From: a virus
Virus record (IMG/VR): IMGVR_UViG_3300045051_001056
Span: 1 to 64,000 of that record
DNA length: 64,000 nt
Strand: one strand, 5' to 3'
The position numbers and the translations under genes were made by a program. Position 1 is the stretch's first letter, and each line of letters begins with the position of its first letter. This document shows positions 39,291 through 49,606 of the stretch, one piece after another. Under the pieces are notes generated by a model that worked only from the letters and a program-made list of their open reading frames with translations, did not search any database and was not told the origin of the DNA.

Positions 39291-39362
39291 TGCGGGGTAG
39301 AGCAGTGGTAGCTCGTGAGTTTCATAATCTCAAGGTCATAGGTTCGAATCCTATTCCCGCTT
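39291..39362 (+). tRNA. tRNA-Met(CAT), initiator-derived, with atypical anticodon stem
   Basis: Full cloverleaf; anticodon CAT at 39323-39325; 1:72 mismatch and A11:U24; CCA not fully encoded. Confidence 0.85.
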
Positions 39363-39426
39363 CAAAAGAAAATTGAAAATCAGACTATAATATCTGAACA
39401 ATTATTATTAACTAAAAATTTGTACT

Positions 39427-39984
39427 ATGTTCTACAGATTAGACAAAAAAGGATTAGAATATGTTAGAATTAAAATGTTTTGGTTTATAATCCTTTTACT
39501 ATCAGTGATTTTATTTATTGTAATAATCTTAAGTTTTTTTAACACTATAGAAGAAAAGATTATTGAACAAAAGGTTATTGTTGTAATGAATCAGCAAAAT
39601 AAATTTGAGGAATCTAAATTTATTAAAAAAATAAAAGAATTAAATTTTCAATTTCCTCACATTGTTTATGCACAATCAATATTAGAAACGGACAGCTTCA
39701 GATCTAATATTTTTAAAGAGAATAATAATCTTTTTGGTATGAAACAGGCCGTGATTAGAGTAAATCTTGCCAAAGGAGTTCAATATAATCATGCATATTA
39801 CGATAATTGGACGGATTCCCTGCTTGATTATGCCCTATATTATTCTACATATTTATCACAATTAAAAACAGAAGACGATTACTTTAACTATCTGTCTCAA
39901 TTTTATGCAGAAGATAAAGAATATGTGAATAAATTAAAAACATTAATCAATAAATTATCATTAAGAGAAATTTTTAACAAATGA
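39427..39984 (+). CDS. membrane-anchored glucosaminidase (GH73-like peptidoglycan hydrolase)
   Basis: N-terminal TM; AQSILET...ENNNLFGMK...YAED motifs. Confidence 0.75.
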   Translation: MFYRLDKKGLEYVRIKMFWFIILLLSVILFIVIILSFFNTIEEKIIEQKVIVVMNQQNKFEESKFIKKIKELNFQFPHIVYAQSILETDSFRSNIFKENNNLFGMKQAVIRVNLAKGVQYNHAYYDNWTDSLLDYALYYSTYLSQLKTEDDYFNYLSQFYAEDKEYVNKLKTLINKLSLREIFNK

Positions 39985-40003
39985 AAACGTAAAAATTAAA
40001 GCT

Positions 40004-40294
40004 ATGAAAACACCAGAAAGATATGCAGAATTGATTTTAAACAGTACAAAAGCCCATCTTCTTGTATTGATCGAAGAAATTCAATCCGAAGCCTACGCAG
40101 AGGGCTACAACTCAGGGGTACACGACACTGTTATTGCGTGTGCAGAAAATGCGAAGCTTAAAGTTGAGCGTATGAACGGAAAAGTGCATACCGAATTTAA
40201 GAATTATGTAAAAGGTGATTACATTACAGTTGACAAAGAAAGCATTATGAGTGTTGAGCAAACTTTAAAAAATAAACTATCCAAAATAGTATAA
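40004..40294 (+). CDS. hypothetical protein
   Basis: 96 aa ORF. Confidence 0.5.
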   Translation: MKTPERYAELILNSTKAHLLVLIEEIQSEAYAEGYNSGVHDTVIACAENAKLKVERMNGKVHTEFKNYVKGDYITVDKESIMSVEQTLKNKLSKIV

Positions 40295-40481
40295 TCTATA
40301 ATTAGAAAGAATTAAATGAAAAAAATAAAATCCGTATATATTATAGTTCGATGGAAACCCTTAAATTCCAAAGATCAACTGTTGGATGAGAAAATAGATT
40401 CTATATCTGAAGATTTTAGGGAATCTGTTCTTAAACATGTTAGCAAATTGCCAAAAGTTTCAGTTATTAAAATAGAAAAAA

Positions 40482-40721
40482 ATGGCTGATATATCAATGT
40501 GTAACAATGAAAATTGTCCACACAAAGAAAAATGTTATCGTTATACGGCACCAAAAGGAGAATTCCAATACTATGGCACTCATCTTTTGAAAGAAGATAA
40601 TACTTGCGAAGATTTCTGGCCTAACGATGGGCATATGAAGGGAATGGAATTTTTAAAAATAATTGGCAAATTGTCAAGAACAAAAGAATATTTACAAATA
40701 TTAAATCAGACAATTTTTTAG
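40482..40721 (+). CDS. small Cys-rich phage protein
   Basis: DISMCNNENCPHKEKCYRY...CEDFW. Confidence 0.55.
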   Translation: MADISMCNNENCPHKEKCYRYTAPKGEFQYYGTHLLKEDNTCEDFWPNDGHMKGMEFLKIIGKLSRTKEYLQILNQTIF

Positions 40722-40935
40722 GCCATGTTGTTTGTTTTTAGGTATGAGGCGAGAGCAGTATTGCCCGCTCTTTGCTTCTAAAAATTAAAATTATGGAATC
40801 TGATTATAACAGTATCGGACCAATACTTGACCCATCAGATCAATATACTGAATTTTAAAAATCTAAAATAACGCCCAAATCAAAGAAGTAATTTTACTAG
40901 GCTATTGAGAGATAACCCTTTAATTTTTATTTCTT

Positions 40936-41196
40936 ATGGTTAATTATGTGACGACAGACGGTATTGTTAGGGAATTCTCTGACATTGACATCGTAGCAAT
41001 GAAAAATGGTTCTGCTCAGCTTATTCAGCATGTTGCCAGTGGTAAGTATGACGAAAATCCTGAAAGGGAAATCCGTCGGGCAGTAATTAATGTTGCTGAT
41101 GATGAGACAAAAGAATCTCTTTGGGAAAAACTCAATGATGAGGAAACAATCATCAATGGCAAAGGTAATATTGCTAAGATAAAATACGCTGTCTAA
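40936..41196 (+). CDS. hypothetical protein
   Basis: 86 aa ORF followed by a terminator. Confidence 0.6.
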   Translation: MVNYVTTDGIVREFSDIDIVAMKNGSAQLIQHVASGKYDENPEREIRRAVINVADDETKESLWEKLNDEETIINGKGNIAKIKYAV

Positions 41197-41208
41197 GTAA
41201 GGGTGTTT

Positions 41209-41239
41209 AAGGGGGGAGAAATCTCCCCTTTATCCTTTT
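41209..41239 (+). terminator. intrinsic terminator
   Basis: GGGGAGA-AA-TCTCCCC hairpin then T-rich tail. Confidence 0.65.
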
Positions 41240-41259
41240 AATCAATTAAAGTAAAAGAA

Positions 41260-41757
41260 ATGAATACATTCGGAATCATAATAATTGCAACTGTAATATT
41301 TATAGGAATCATATGGGTTACATATGATATGTTTTTCATGATTCCACGATGGGAGAAATATTATGCAGATTTAGATAGATTAAGCCAGGCTGAGCTGAAA
41401 CTACAATTTTCGCAAATACGTTCAAATAAAAAGAGCTACAAGATGGAAAATAAATATTACAAAATTAATCACAATGACATTCTCGTAAAAAGCAAAGGGG
41501 AAAATAAAGGGAAAGTTAAAATGACGGGCGAAGGTGTTAAGCCTTATGAAATAGGAGATATTGTTCATTATAATAAAGATGACGTTAAAAATATTGAAAT
41601 AAATAAAAAACAATATTTGCTAATATCTATGGACAAAATTCTCTTTGCAAAAAGCAAGACCAAACATTATGAGCATCCACGTGGATGTCCACTTAAAATG
41701 GTAGATGGGTGGCTGCAATCATGGCCATATGACGATGGATTAGATGATTGTATTTAA
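41260..41757 (+). CDS. TM protein with GroES-like C-terminal half (may be two genes; internal start MENK at ~41442)
   Basis: NDILVK...GKVKMTGEGVKPYEIGDIVHY...YLLISMDKIL. Confidence 0.45.
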   Translation: MNTFGIIIIATVIFIGIIWVTYDMFFMIPRWEKYYADLDRLSQAELKLQFSQIRSNKKSYKMENKYYKINHNDILVKSKGENKGKVKMTGEGVKPYEIGDIVHYNKDDVKNIEINKKQYLLISMDKILFAKSKTKHYEHPRGCPLKMVDGWLQSWPYDDGLDDCI

Positions 41758-41889
41758 ATTTAAAACGAACAATATGACAAAAGAAGAAGCTAAAGAAGTC
41801 CTAACGAAGAAGTTTCACATAACCGAAATGACGAAATTTCACTCTTACGAATACTTATATAAAGTAATGATAAAACTAATGGAATCGCT

Positions 41890-42201
41890 ATGACAAGAAT
41901 TCTTGCATTTACAATTAATTCATTAATAGGACTTTCGGCGATCGTCGAGAAGAAGAAAAGTGAAATCATATTTTTCTCAATAGGTTTTGGACAGATATTG
42001 GTTATGGCTATAAATACATATTTCATTAGTCATACTAATTGGGCTGGCATGATATTAAGTCAATTTGCTACATCATATATATGGGCAATAAATGTGAATA
42101 AAATATTTTCTAGTGGCAAAAAAGTTAAAATATTATATGCAACTGGGGCAGCCGTTGGCTGCATAATAGGGGTTTTAATAGCAAAAAACTTAACAAAATG
42201 A
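41890..42201 (+). CDS. small membrane protein
   Basis: Three hydrophobic segments; YATGAAVGCIIG. Confidence 0.5.
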   Translation: MTRILAFTINSLIGLSAIVEKKKSEIIFFSIGFGQILVMAINTYFISHTNWAGMILSQFATSYIWAINVNKIFSSGKKVKILYATGAAVGCIIGVLIAKNLTK

Positions 42202-42439
42202 AAAATAATTTTATTGATACAGAAGATGGCAGACTTAAGCTAGAGCAAATTTTTGATTCATTTAAGGCATGGTTGCTGAAGGATGAAGATCTTGACCTTG
42301 AAGTAATAAGACAAAAAACCGTCTTTTACAAAGCATGGTGCTGGTTTCTTTTTCGTCATACAGAAAATCCAACTGATGATAGTAGGTGTAAGCGTTGTGG
42401 AAAAAAGGCCAAAAAATATTCTATTAAACCATATACTGT

Positions 42440-42847
42440 ATGAATACGCAAGAGGAAGACCAAGATGAAAAATTCGCAAAAATCACTCAAGAACTAGATT
42501 GTCTGAAAGCTGGTATTGGGGAAGAATTTATAGCAATGCTCCCATTGAGCGTTAGGGCAAGGCTGATGAAAAATTACCAAAAAATATATAATAAAAATCA
42601 AATTTATCATATTAATACTGGACTGATATTAGATATATCGGTATTGATGAATGGTTTTTTGCCATGGTCTGACACCGAGGAAGGTGGATCATACTGGTTA
42701 AAGGTTTATTCTCACTATAACAACAGGGTATGGCGAATGCATACTATTGTCAATAAGTATAGGAGAATAAAGGGTGAGCCAATTTATATAGAAAGGGGTA
42801 ATTTTATTGATGCAGTTAAATTAGGTGAAATTGAATATACGGATTAG
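42440..42847 (+). CDS. hypothetical protein (W-x2-T-x-EG-x3-W family)
   Basis: FLPWSDTEEGGSYWLKV. Confidence 0.55.
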   Translation: MNTQEEDQDEKFAKITQELDCLKAGIGEEFIAMLPLSVRARLMKNYQKIYNKNQIYHINTGLILDISVLMNGFLPWSDTEEGGSYWLKVYSHYNNRVWRMHTIVNKYRRIKGEPIYIERGNFIDAVKLGEIEYTD

Positions 42848-42850
42848 ATA

Positions 42851-43396
42851 ATGGCAATAGAAATATATACAGATGGCGCCTGTAGCGGAAATCCTGGTTA
42901 TGGAGGTTGGGCTTACCTTATATTAGACCACAACTTAGAGATCATGGTGGCAGATAAAGGTTTTATTCACCAATTTCCAACAACTAATAATTATGCAGAA
43001 TTATCGGCGGTCTTAGAAGCCCTAGGGCGGGTGCTGGGAACATCTATACACAGTCTAGAAAAATATAAAATTTTTAGAGATAACGGGATTGTTCTATATT
43101 CAGATTCTCAATATGCCATTCATGGTATTAATGAATGGATGCAAAATTGGAAGAAAAATGGTTGGAAAAATTCCGATAATATAGAAATTGCAAATAGGAG
43201 TTTGTGGGTATCGATTTACTATATGATAGTAAACTTAGAAAGTCGAGACATTAGGGTAGAATTTGAATATGTTCCAGCTCATACAGGGAATAAATTCAAT
43301 GAGAAAGTAGATAGAGCTGCAAAAATTGCAGTTAAAAATTTTAAACAACATATAATTAAATTAAAAAATATAAGAGCACCTCAATCATCATCGTAA
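42851..43396 (+). CDS. rnhA: ribonuclease HI
   Basis: IYTDGACSGNPG, TNNYAEL, SDSQY, WKKNGWK, AHTGNKFNEKVD. Confidence 0.92.
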   Translation: MAIEIYTDGACSGNPGYGGWAYLILDHNLEIMVADKGFIHQFPTTNNYAELSAVLEALGRVLGTSIHSLEKYKIFRDNGIVLYSDSQYAIHGINEWMQNWKKNGWKNSDNIEIANRSLWVSIYYMIVNLESRDIRVEFEYVPAHTGNKFNEKVDRAAKIAVKNFKQHIIKLKNIRAPQSSS

Positions 43397-43399
43397 ATT

Positions 43400-44395
43400 A
43401 TGAAAATAGTAAGAAATAAATTCCTGACAAAGATTGAGAGGGGAAAGGGTCTCGAATTAAGAATACCAACTAAAAAATTCGATGATCTAATAGGAACTTC
43501 CGATGAAGGATTTCCTAAGCCTACTGGAAGAATGCAAGAGGAAGAGGAAGGGGGGCAGAAGAAGCAAGGCAAATCAAAAGAATTAATATATTATAATGGA
43601 ATGGAAATATCCATTAAAGATATGTGCGAATTCTCAGATATGTCCGAAAAAACATTTCACAAATCCATAGAAAATGCATCAACAGAATATGTTTCTCTAA
43701 ATAAATTATTTTTGGTTCCCCAGATAAAAATTTATAAAATACTAAGATCAATATGTTTCATAAATTTTAGTAAAAGATTTGCATTCGAAAACTCGGCGGA
43801 TATTGATATCATTAATGCCATTATTCACGCAGATTGCGGAATCGATCTTGCAGCAGAAATAAAGCAAGAATATTTTTCGACAATTTCTAGATCATCTTCA
43901 GACTTTGATTTTGCCAGGGGAATCATTGTCAGAACATCAATACCAGATATTTCATCCACTACAGCCATAGAAGATTTGCGAGGCAGATACAATGATGCTT
44001 TTTCTGAACTTCGCCTTTTTGATTTGTATTTCAATGAATATCGAGTTCCTGAAATTACTACAGAAAAATTAACTGAAGCTCTTAAGAAAGTACATCAATC
44101 TACTTTTCAAAATAAGGACAGAAATATTAATTTTATATTAACTCCGGCATCTTACTCTTATTTAAGTACAATATTGAAACTGTCAACATGGAAAAATTGC
44201 GTATTTTCAAACATAGTACTACAGCAGAGGAAAAATGGACAAATTGTTCAAATGGATTGTCGAAAACTAATTTCGGAAGAAACTCTTCCAATATTTCAGA
44301 AAATGAAATCGGTTTTGCAGGAAAATCAGATGATTCCAATAAAAACTTTACAAGAAATTTTAATGAATTTTTATCAGAAGAAGACTTCGAATTAG
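43400..44395 (+). CDS. hypothetical protein
   Basis: 331 aa ORF. Confidence 0.55.
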   Translation: MKIVRNKFLTKIERGKGLELRIPTKKFDDLIGTSDEGFPKPTGRMQEEEEGGQKKQGKSKELIYYNGMEISIKDMCEFSDMSEKTFHKSIENASTEYVSLNKLFLVPQIKIYKILRSICFINFSKRFAFENSADIDIINAIIHADCGIDLAAEIKQEYFSTISRSSSDFDFARGIIVRTSIPDISSTTAIEDLRGRYNDAFSELRLFDLYFNEYRVPEITTEKLTEALKKVHQSTFQNKDRNINFILTPASYSYLSTILKLSTWKNCVFSNIVLQQRKNGQIVQMDCRKLISEETLPIFQKMKSVLQENQMIPIKTLQEILMNFYQKKTSN

Positions 44396-44449
44396 AGTCC
44401 AGAATGATGTCTAATGAATTTAAAAATTATTCACAAATAATAAAAGAGC

Positions 44450-45577
44450 ATGAAAGAATATATGAAATTTTGGCTGGGACCAACATTAGGGCTTGATAAG
44501 GTTATCAATCTAAATGCAGTGTTGGACAACATTAGAAGAATAGTAGGCAAATCAGATTGGATCGTGGAAGATTTTATTGTATTTAAAAAGTCTTTTAACG
44601 AATACGATGTGACCGGACAATTGGATATTGCTTCAAAAATGAGCGATTTGTTTGTAAGTATTGACAAGCAGGCAAAAAGAATTCGATTTTCCAAAACTGC
44701 CAGACGTGGATATATCCTAATGTCTCCATATCTGTCTAAAGAGATATTAATTGAAATTGGCAGTACTGGAGAAAGAAAGTCGGAAGCATACGCTGTGATT
44801 AATAGATTTCTCAATAGCGAAAAAAATTCTAAATCTTTCTTTGATGAAGGGATAGTCATAAGAAATAATTTTCTAAAAGAATGTTTAAGTAAAACTAGAA
44901 GTTTTGATAGTCTTGGGGAAGTAACTCTAGGAAATCTTTCTGGTAAATTAGGGTCATTAAGAGCTCAAAATTCTATTGATATGAAATCTTTGGCCAAGAT
45001 TGTAGATAAAAATACATATAGCATAATATCCTTTATGGACCATTTTGTTCAAAGAACTGCTAAATACAATTCTATATACCGAATTATTCCAGACTCTATT
45101 TTCTTAGAAATATTTGGATGTGTTCCCGAGGAACTGCTTGACGCTTGTAAGGAAAAATCTTCTAATTTCACAAAACATGAATCCATAATCAATCCCGAGA
45201 AAAAGAAGAGAGTATTTTCTCCGCAGATCATTCCTAATGTTTTTCAGCTAAATGGCTTCAGAATTCATAATTCAGACTATTTAGAGGTTGCTGATTGCTC
45301 GTTTAATGTATTAATAAAAAACATGGATAATGCAGTTGATGCAGAAGGCAACACTGCTATTATGAAAATACATTTTCTATCTTTTTTTAATGATAATAAT
45401 GATAAAACGTTTTTTGTATCATATCTACCGGGGAAAAAGATAATAAAAGATGATTATAGTGAGTTGGGTAATCTCATCTATTTCTCGATTCAGAATGGTT
45501 CTGAAATAAATTTTAGGCCAAATATTGAGATTAAAAAATTAATAATGACAAATAATTTTGAACTAGATTTAATTTAA
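44450..45577 (+). CDS. hypothetical protein
   Basis: 375 aa ORF; start uncertain. Confidence 0.55.
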   Translation: MKEYMKFWLGPTLGLDKVINLNAVLDNIRRIVGKSDWIVEDFIVFKKSFNEYDVTGQLDIASKMSDLFVSIDKQAKRIRFSKTARRGYILMSPYLSKEILIEIGSTGERKSEAYAVINRFLNSEKNSKSFFDEGIVIRNNFLKECLSKTRSFDSLGEVTLGNLSGKLGSLRAQNSIDMKSLAKIVDKNTYSIISFMDHFVQRTAKYNSIYRIIPDSIFLEIFGCVPEELLDACKEKSSNFTKHESIINPEKKKRVFSPQIIPNVFQLNGFRIHNSDYLEVADCSFNVLIKNMDNAVDAEGNTAIMKIHFLSFFNDNNDKTFFVSYLPGKKIIKDDYSELGNLIYFSIQNGSEINFRPNIEIKKLIMTNNFELDLI

Positions 45578-45579
45578 TT

Positions 45580-46590
45580 ATGAAATGTATTTTTATTCTC
45601 AACGGATATAGCGCGATAAATGATATAGTTCGCCAAATATCAGGTTCCAGCAACATAACAATTAAGGTGAATCTATTAAGTTCATCTCCAGAAAATGCTT
45701 ATTGTATATATGATGAAGAATTGCAACAAATAAGTTTTTACAATAAGCTTAACAACGAAAAAGTTAAACAATATCCGGCAATCAAAATAGATGCATATCA
45801 CCGATTAGTATTCTCGATGATAACTGGAGCACTTCAAGGAAGATATTCCCTTATATTTGCAGACGAGATTTCATCATGTGAAAATCAAATTTATAATAAA
45901 ATCATTGGAATAAAGAAATATTCTAAAGATGAAAATCTTTTGGTTAAAATAAAGTCCAATGGGTATAATATAAATTCGCCATTTATGGCTGCACTCATGC
46001 TATCTCCCAATAGTAAAAAGTGGAACATCCCATTTGACTGTGAAAATATTCCAAAAAATAATCTCATTTACCTGGGGATAGTGCCTGAAAACTATAAAAA
46101 AAGCGACGCCTCCATAACGGCAAATAGTGGAGTCGTATCCTATCTAAATGTACCGATTGGGGATGAAGAAGGTTTGTTTGGATGTAAAATATCTGAATTC
46201 ATGAATTCTTCTAATGATATCGATATATCAAAAGACGTCCTGCATTTAATTAAAAACAATACACTTCCTAGCTCGTCCAAGTTATTTCTAAAGATTGCAA
46301 GGGGTGAGCCATACAACAGTGGAAAACCCCTATGGCTAGTATCTTTAAGGGAAATTAGTGGGAAAAAAAGAATACAAATATACACACAGGAAGATTTTTT
46401 GTCATCCATAGATTGTTCTAGGCGACTGCTAGTCAATACATTGACGTCCATGTCAGATATGCCAACATTTGCCACTATAGAAACTCATCCGTATAAAAGT
46501 ATTAGAAATAGTGGAATTATTGTTGATGTGGAAAATCTTATAAATTTTAAGCAATTTTCATATAATATATTAGATGGAACACTTAGTTGA
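45580..46590 (+). CDS. hypothetical protein
   Basis: 336 aa ORF. Confidence 0.6.
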   Translation: MKCIFILNGYSAINDIVRQISGSSNITIKVNLLSSSPENAYCIYDEELQQISFYNKLNNEKVKQYPAIKIDAYHRLVFSMITGALQGRYSLIFADEISSCENQIYNKIIGIKKYSKDENLLVKIKSNGYNINSPFMAALMLSPNSKKWNIPFDCENIPKNNLIYLGIVPENYKKSDASITANSGVVSYLNVPIGDEEGLFGCKISEFMNSSNDIDISKDVLHLIKNNTLPSSSKLFLKIARGEPYNSGKPLWLVSLREISGKKRIQIYTQEDFLSSIDCSRRLLVNTLTSMSDMPTFATIETHPYKSIRNSGIIVDVENLINFKQFSYNILDGTLS

Positions 46591-47146
46591 TTTCAATTTC
46601 ATTATATATAATGGAATTAAAAATGGTTTAACCATATTACAATCAATCTATTTGGCAAATATTGTTGGAATATTTAAAAAATTTTCTCCAGAACTTGTTC
46701 CGACCACAACAACTATTCGTGCTAAAGATTTAGAAGAAATGGGATTTGTGGTCATAGATGGCACAAATATAAGAGCCACCCCAAAAGGTCTTCGCGTTTT
46801 TAGGAATATTCGCAAAGATAATTCCAAATTGGCCTCTAGCCTTAGACTAATGTATCCTCCAGGAATGAAGGATGATAAATGGCCATGGAGGGGAACTATT
46901 CCATCTATTGCCAAGAAGCTAGATCAGTTTAATAAGTTATACCCAGATATTACTAATGAAGAAATTGCGGAAGCAACAAAAGAATATTTGGAAAAATTTA
47001 CCGACGATACTGGTAGGTCTTTATTGGCATATTTTATTTTAAAGGATATTGGAGGATTCGCAAAAAGTATTCTTGCCGAATGGGTATATGCTAGGAGAGA
47101 AAAAATCGATTCACAAAAGTCAAATAAAAATTACGAGCAATTATGA
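46574..47146 (+). CDS. putative DNA-binding / replication-initiation protein
   Basis: wHTH-like LEEMGFV...ATPKG, then LMYPPG...WRG; upstream of the helicase. Confidence 0.4.
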   Translation: MEHLVDFNFIIYNGIKNGLTILQSIYLANIVGIFKKFSPELVPTTTTIRAKDLEEMGFVVIDGTNIRATPKGLRVFRNIRKDNSKLASSLRLMYPPGMKDDKWPWRGTIPSIAKKLDQFNKLYPDITNEEIAEATKEYLEKFTDDTGRSLLAYFILKDIGGFAKSILAEWVYARREKIDSQKSNKNYEQL

Positions 47147-47543
47147 AAACAACGATAACGGACGGAAAAGTTAATATAAGACCAGCATTTCCCATACTTG
47201 CAAGAAGTATTAAAACGGGCATTATAGTATTATTTACTAATGAACGCAGTGGTATGGTTATCCATGCTCAAGAGGATGCCCCGAATTATATTGGGGAATA
47301 TAGTCGCACTTGGATATCTTGCTTCGACGGGAAGGTGTGGAAAATTATTGATAAGCCGATATCCATAAGATTTGAGCCATGAAAGCTTTTATTATAATGG
47401 GAATTAGCGTTTATGGAGGCATTGACCCAGATTCTATTAAAGTTAGTCTTTCGTCAAAAGGTGCCAAACGTGTAGAATCTAAAATTAAAAAGAAATACAT
47501 AAACGTTATGAGAATCGAAAGAACGTTAAAAAATGTTAAATAA

Positions 47544-47575
47544 TTTGGTAAGTTACTGAAAATCTTGTATCTTTG
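47544..47575 (+). promoter_or_regulatory. canonical Bacteroidota promoter of the replication operon
   Basis: TTTG-N20-TATCTTTG about 40 nt before the helicase ATG. Confidence 0.7.
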
Positions 47576-47615
47576 TATAGGGAAACGATAAGAGAGATAA
47601 TCCCAAATACAATAG

Positions 47616-48737
47616 ATGGAAGAAAAAAATCAGCAACTTTATGAACAGACATTAGAAAAATTAAAACTTAACAAATCGAGGAGACTTTCGGGGGAAATAA
47701 TCGCAATCCCTTGGAGTCTCCCCAGGTTAAGCAAAGCGCTACCCGGCATAGAACCAGAAAAAATAGTGGTTGTAACAGCCGGTCCCAAAGTTGGCAAATC
47801 TCAATTAGCCAACTTTCTTTATCTTTTTCAACCTATAGATTATTTATACGAACACCCTCACTGCAATTTAGACTTAAAGATCTTCTATTTTTCCCTAGAA
47901 GTGTCTAAAGAGGCAATTATGAGGCAAGCTATGGCGTATAGGTTGTATACGAAATATCAAATAATAGTTTCACAACAAAAGCTGCTGTCAGTTTTCAATG
48001 ATTATGTTTTAGATGATTATGTAGAGGAACTGATAGAAAAAGAAAGACCATGGTTCGAATTCTTTGAAAGTAAATTGGATGTTAATGATGAGATTCGACA
48101 TCCAACAGCTATGTTTAAATACATAAAAGAATGGTACGATACCAATGGGACTTGGAGTTATAAGAATCTCAAATTTGGCGATAAAATAGAGCGGGTGAGA
48201 GATAGGTATACTCCCAATAACCCTAATTTAATAGTGGAAGCAATTTTTGATCACTTGGGGTTACTCTCGACGGAGAAAGATCTTGATCAATGGCAAACTA
48301 TTGGCAGATTCTCATCAGAATATTGCTTAGAACTTCGAGATAAATACAAGGCGTTAATAGTTGAGGTGCAACAACAGGCCCTAGCTGGCAGTCAGCAACA
48401 GTATACAAATTCTGGAAAATCAATAATTGAGAAACTAAAACCAGAAGTTGGTAATCTCGGAAATAATAAGGAAGTTAGTAGAGATGTTAATCTTATGTTA
48501 GGATTATTTGCTCCATCAAAATATGGATTCTCTAGTTATAAGGAATATGATTTAGATCGTTTGAGGGACAACCACAGAGAATTAATTATAATGTTGAATA
48601 GGGACGGTGTATCTCAGCGCAATATTGACTTATATTTTGAAGGTGCTTGCAGTTATTTCAAAGAATTGCCAAGGCCAGAGGATATGGAGGAAAGGCATTA
48701 TGTCGCCATAGAACAGCTTAGAAATAAAATTATTTAA
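47616..48737 (+). CDS. dnaB: DnaB-like replicative helicase
   Basis: TAGPKVGKSQ (Walker A), YFSLEVS, IFDHL, VQQQ, LNRDG. Confidence 0.85.
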   Translation: MEEKNQQLYEQTLEKLKLNKSRRLSGEIIAIPWSLPRLSKALPGIEPEKIVVVTAGPKVGKSQLANFLYLFQPIDYLYEHPHCNLDLKIFYFSLEVSKEAIMRQAMAYRLYTKYQIIVSQQKLLSVFNDYVLDDYVEELIEKERPWFEFFESKLDVNDEIRHPTAMFKYIKEWYDTNGTWSYKNLKFGDKIERVRDRYTPNNPNLIVEAIFDHLGLLSTEKDLDQWQTIGRFSSEYCLELRDKYKALIVEVQQQALAGSQQQYTNSGKSIIEKLKPEVGNLGNNKEVSRDVNLMLGLFAPSKYGFSSYKEYDLDRLRDNHRELIIMLNRDGVSQRNIDLYFEGACSYFKELPRPEDMEERHYVAIEQLRNKII

Positions 48738-48738
48738 A

Positions 48739-49299
48739 ATGAGTCCACTAGAAGAAGTAAAAGAAAAGTACAGATTACTGGAAAGGGCTGGAGAATTAAG
48801 ATCTGTATATGAAGTATTAAGTGCAAACAATGAAATCACTGAAGATGAGTCGTACGAAATTCTTGATTGGTATATTGAAAAGCATGCATTGCTAACAGTT
48901 GCAGCAGAAGGATTTCGCGATTATGAAAAAAAGGGCGGTATGAATTTAATTTTTGGCTTAAGAATTAATGAGAATGCCGGTTCGGAGAGGGGCTTTAGGT
49001 ATCTTCGAGAATTTAATATTGAATTGGGAACATTTGGTAATGACAGCCCAGAATTTGATCCTAAATTCTTATTTGAAAAATATTTAAAAGCAGGAAATTC
49101 CAAAGAATCGGCATTATACATTGCCAATAAGGCTAAAAATAATATTTTCTATATAAAATATTTATATGAAAAACTCAATAAATTCAAAATTATTTCAATA
49201 GATTGGAACCCCTCAACACTTGATAACGAAAAATTGGTTAACAAGGTGCAAGATCTTGTCAAAGATTTTATAAATAAATTATCAATAAAACAATATTAA
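48739..49299 (+). CDS. hypothetical protein
   Basis: 186 aa ORF. Confidence 0.55.
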   Translation: MSPLEEVKEKYRLLERAGELRSVYEVLSANNEITEDESYEILDWYIEKHALLTVAAEGFRDYEKKGGMNLIFGLRINENAGSERGFRYLREFNIELGTFGNDSPEFDPKFLFEKYLKAGNSKESALYIANKAKNNIFYIKYLYEKLNKFKIISIDWNPSTLDNEKLVNKVQDLVKDFINKLSIKQY

Positions 49300-49306
49300 A
49301 AGTAAA

Positions 49307-49606
49307 ATGTCAAAAGTCGCAACAATTGGCCCCCCAATAGGAAGGGTTAACAATTTAGTATCCCCAGAGATGGAATTAATAAGAATAATCTCTCGATACC
49401 CAGACTGTACAAAATTTCTCTTGAGGTTTTATATTGGCAATAGGCCCAAGGATAAACTCAACACAATAAAGAATTTGTTAAACGAACACAAGATTTCGAG
49501 AGCATTCAATTATATGTATGAAATAATTCCTAATAAGGATACAAATATTGTTGAGATATATAGATCTCCAGAAGATTCAGGTGAAATAAATAAAAATAAT
49601 CATTAA
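49307..49606 (+). CDS. hypothetical protein
   Basis: 99 aa ORF. Confidence 0.5.
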   Translation: MSKVATIGPPIGRVNNLVSPEMELIRIISRYPDCTKFLLRFYIGNRPKDKLNTIKNLLNEHKISRAFNYMYEIIPNKDTNIVEIYRSPEDSGEINKNNH

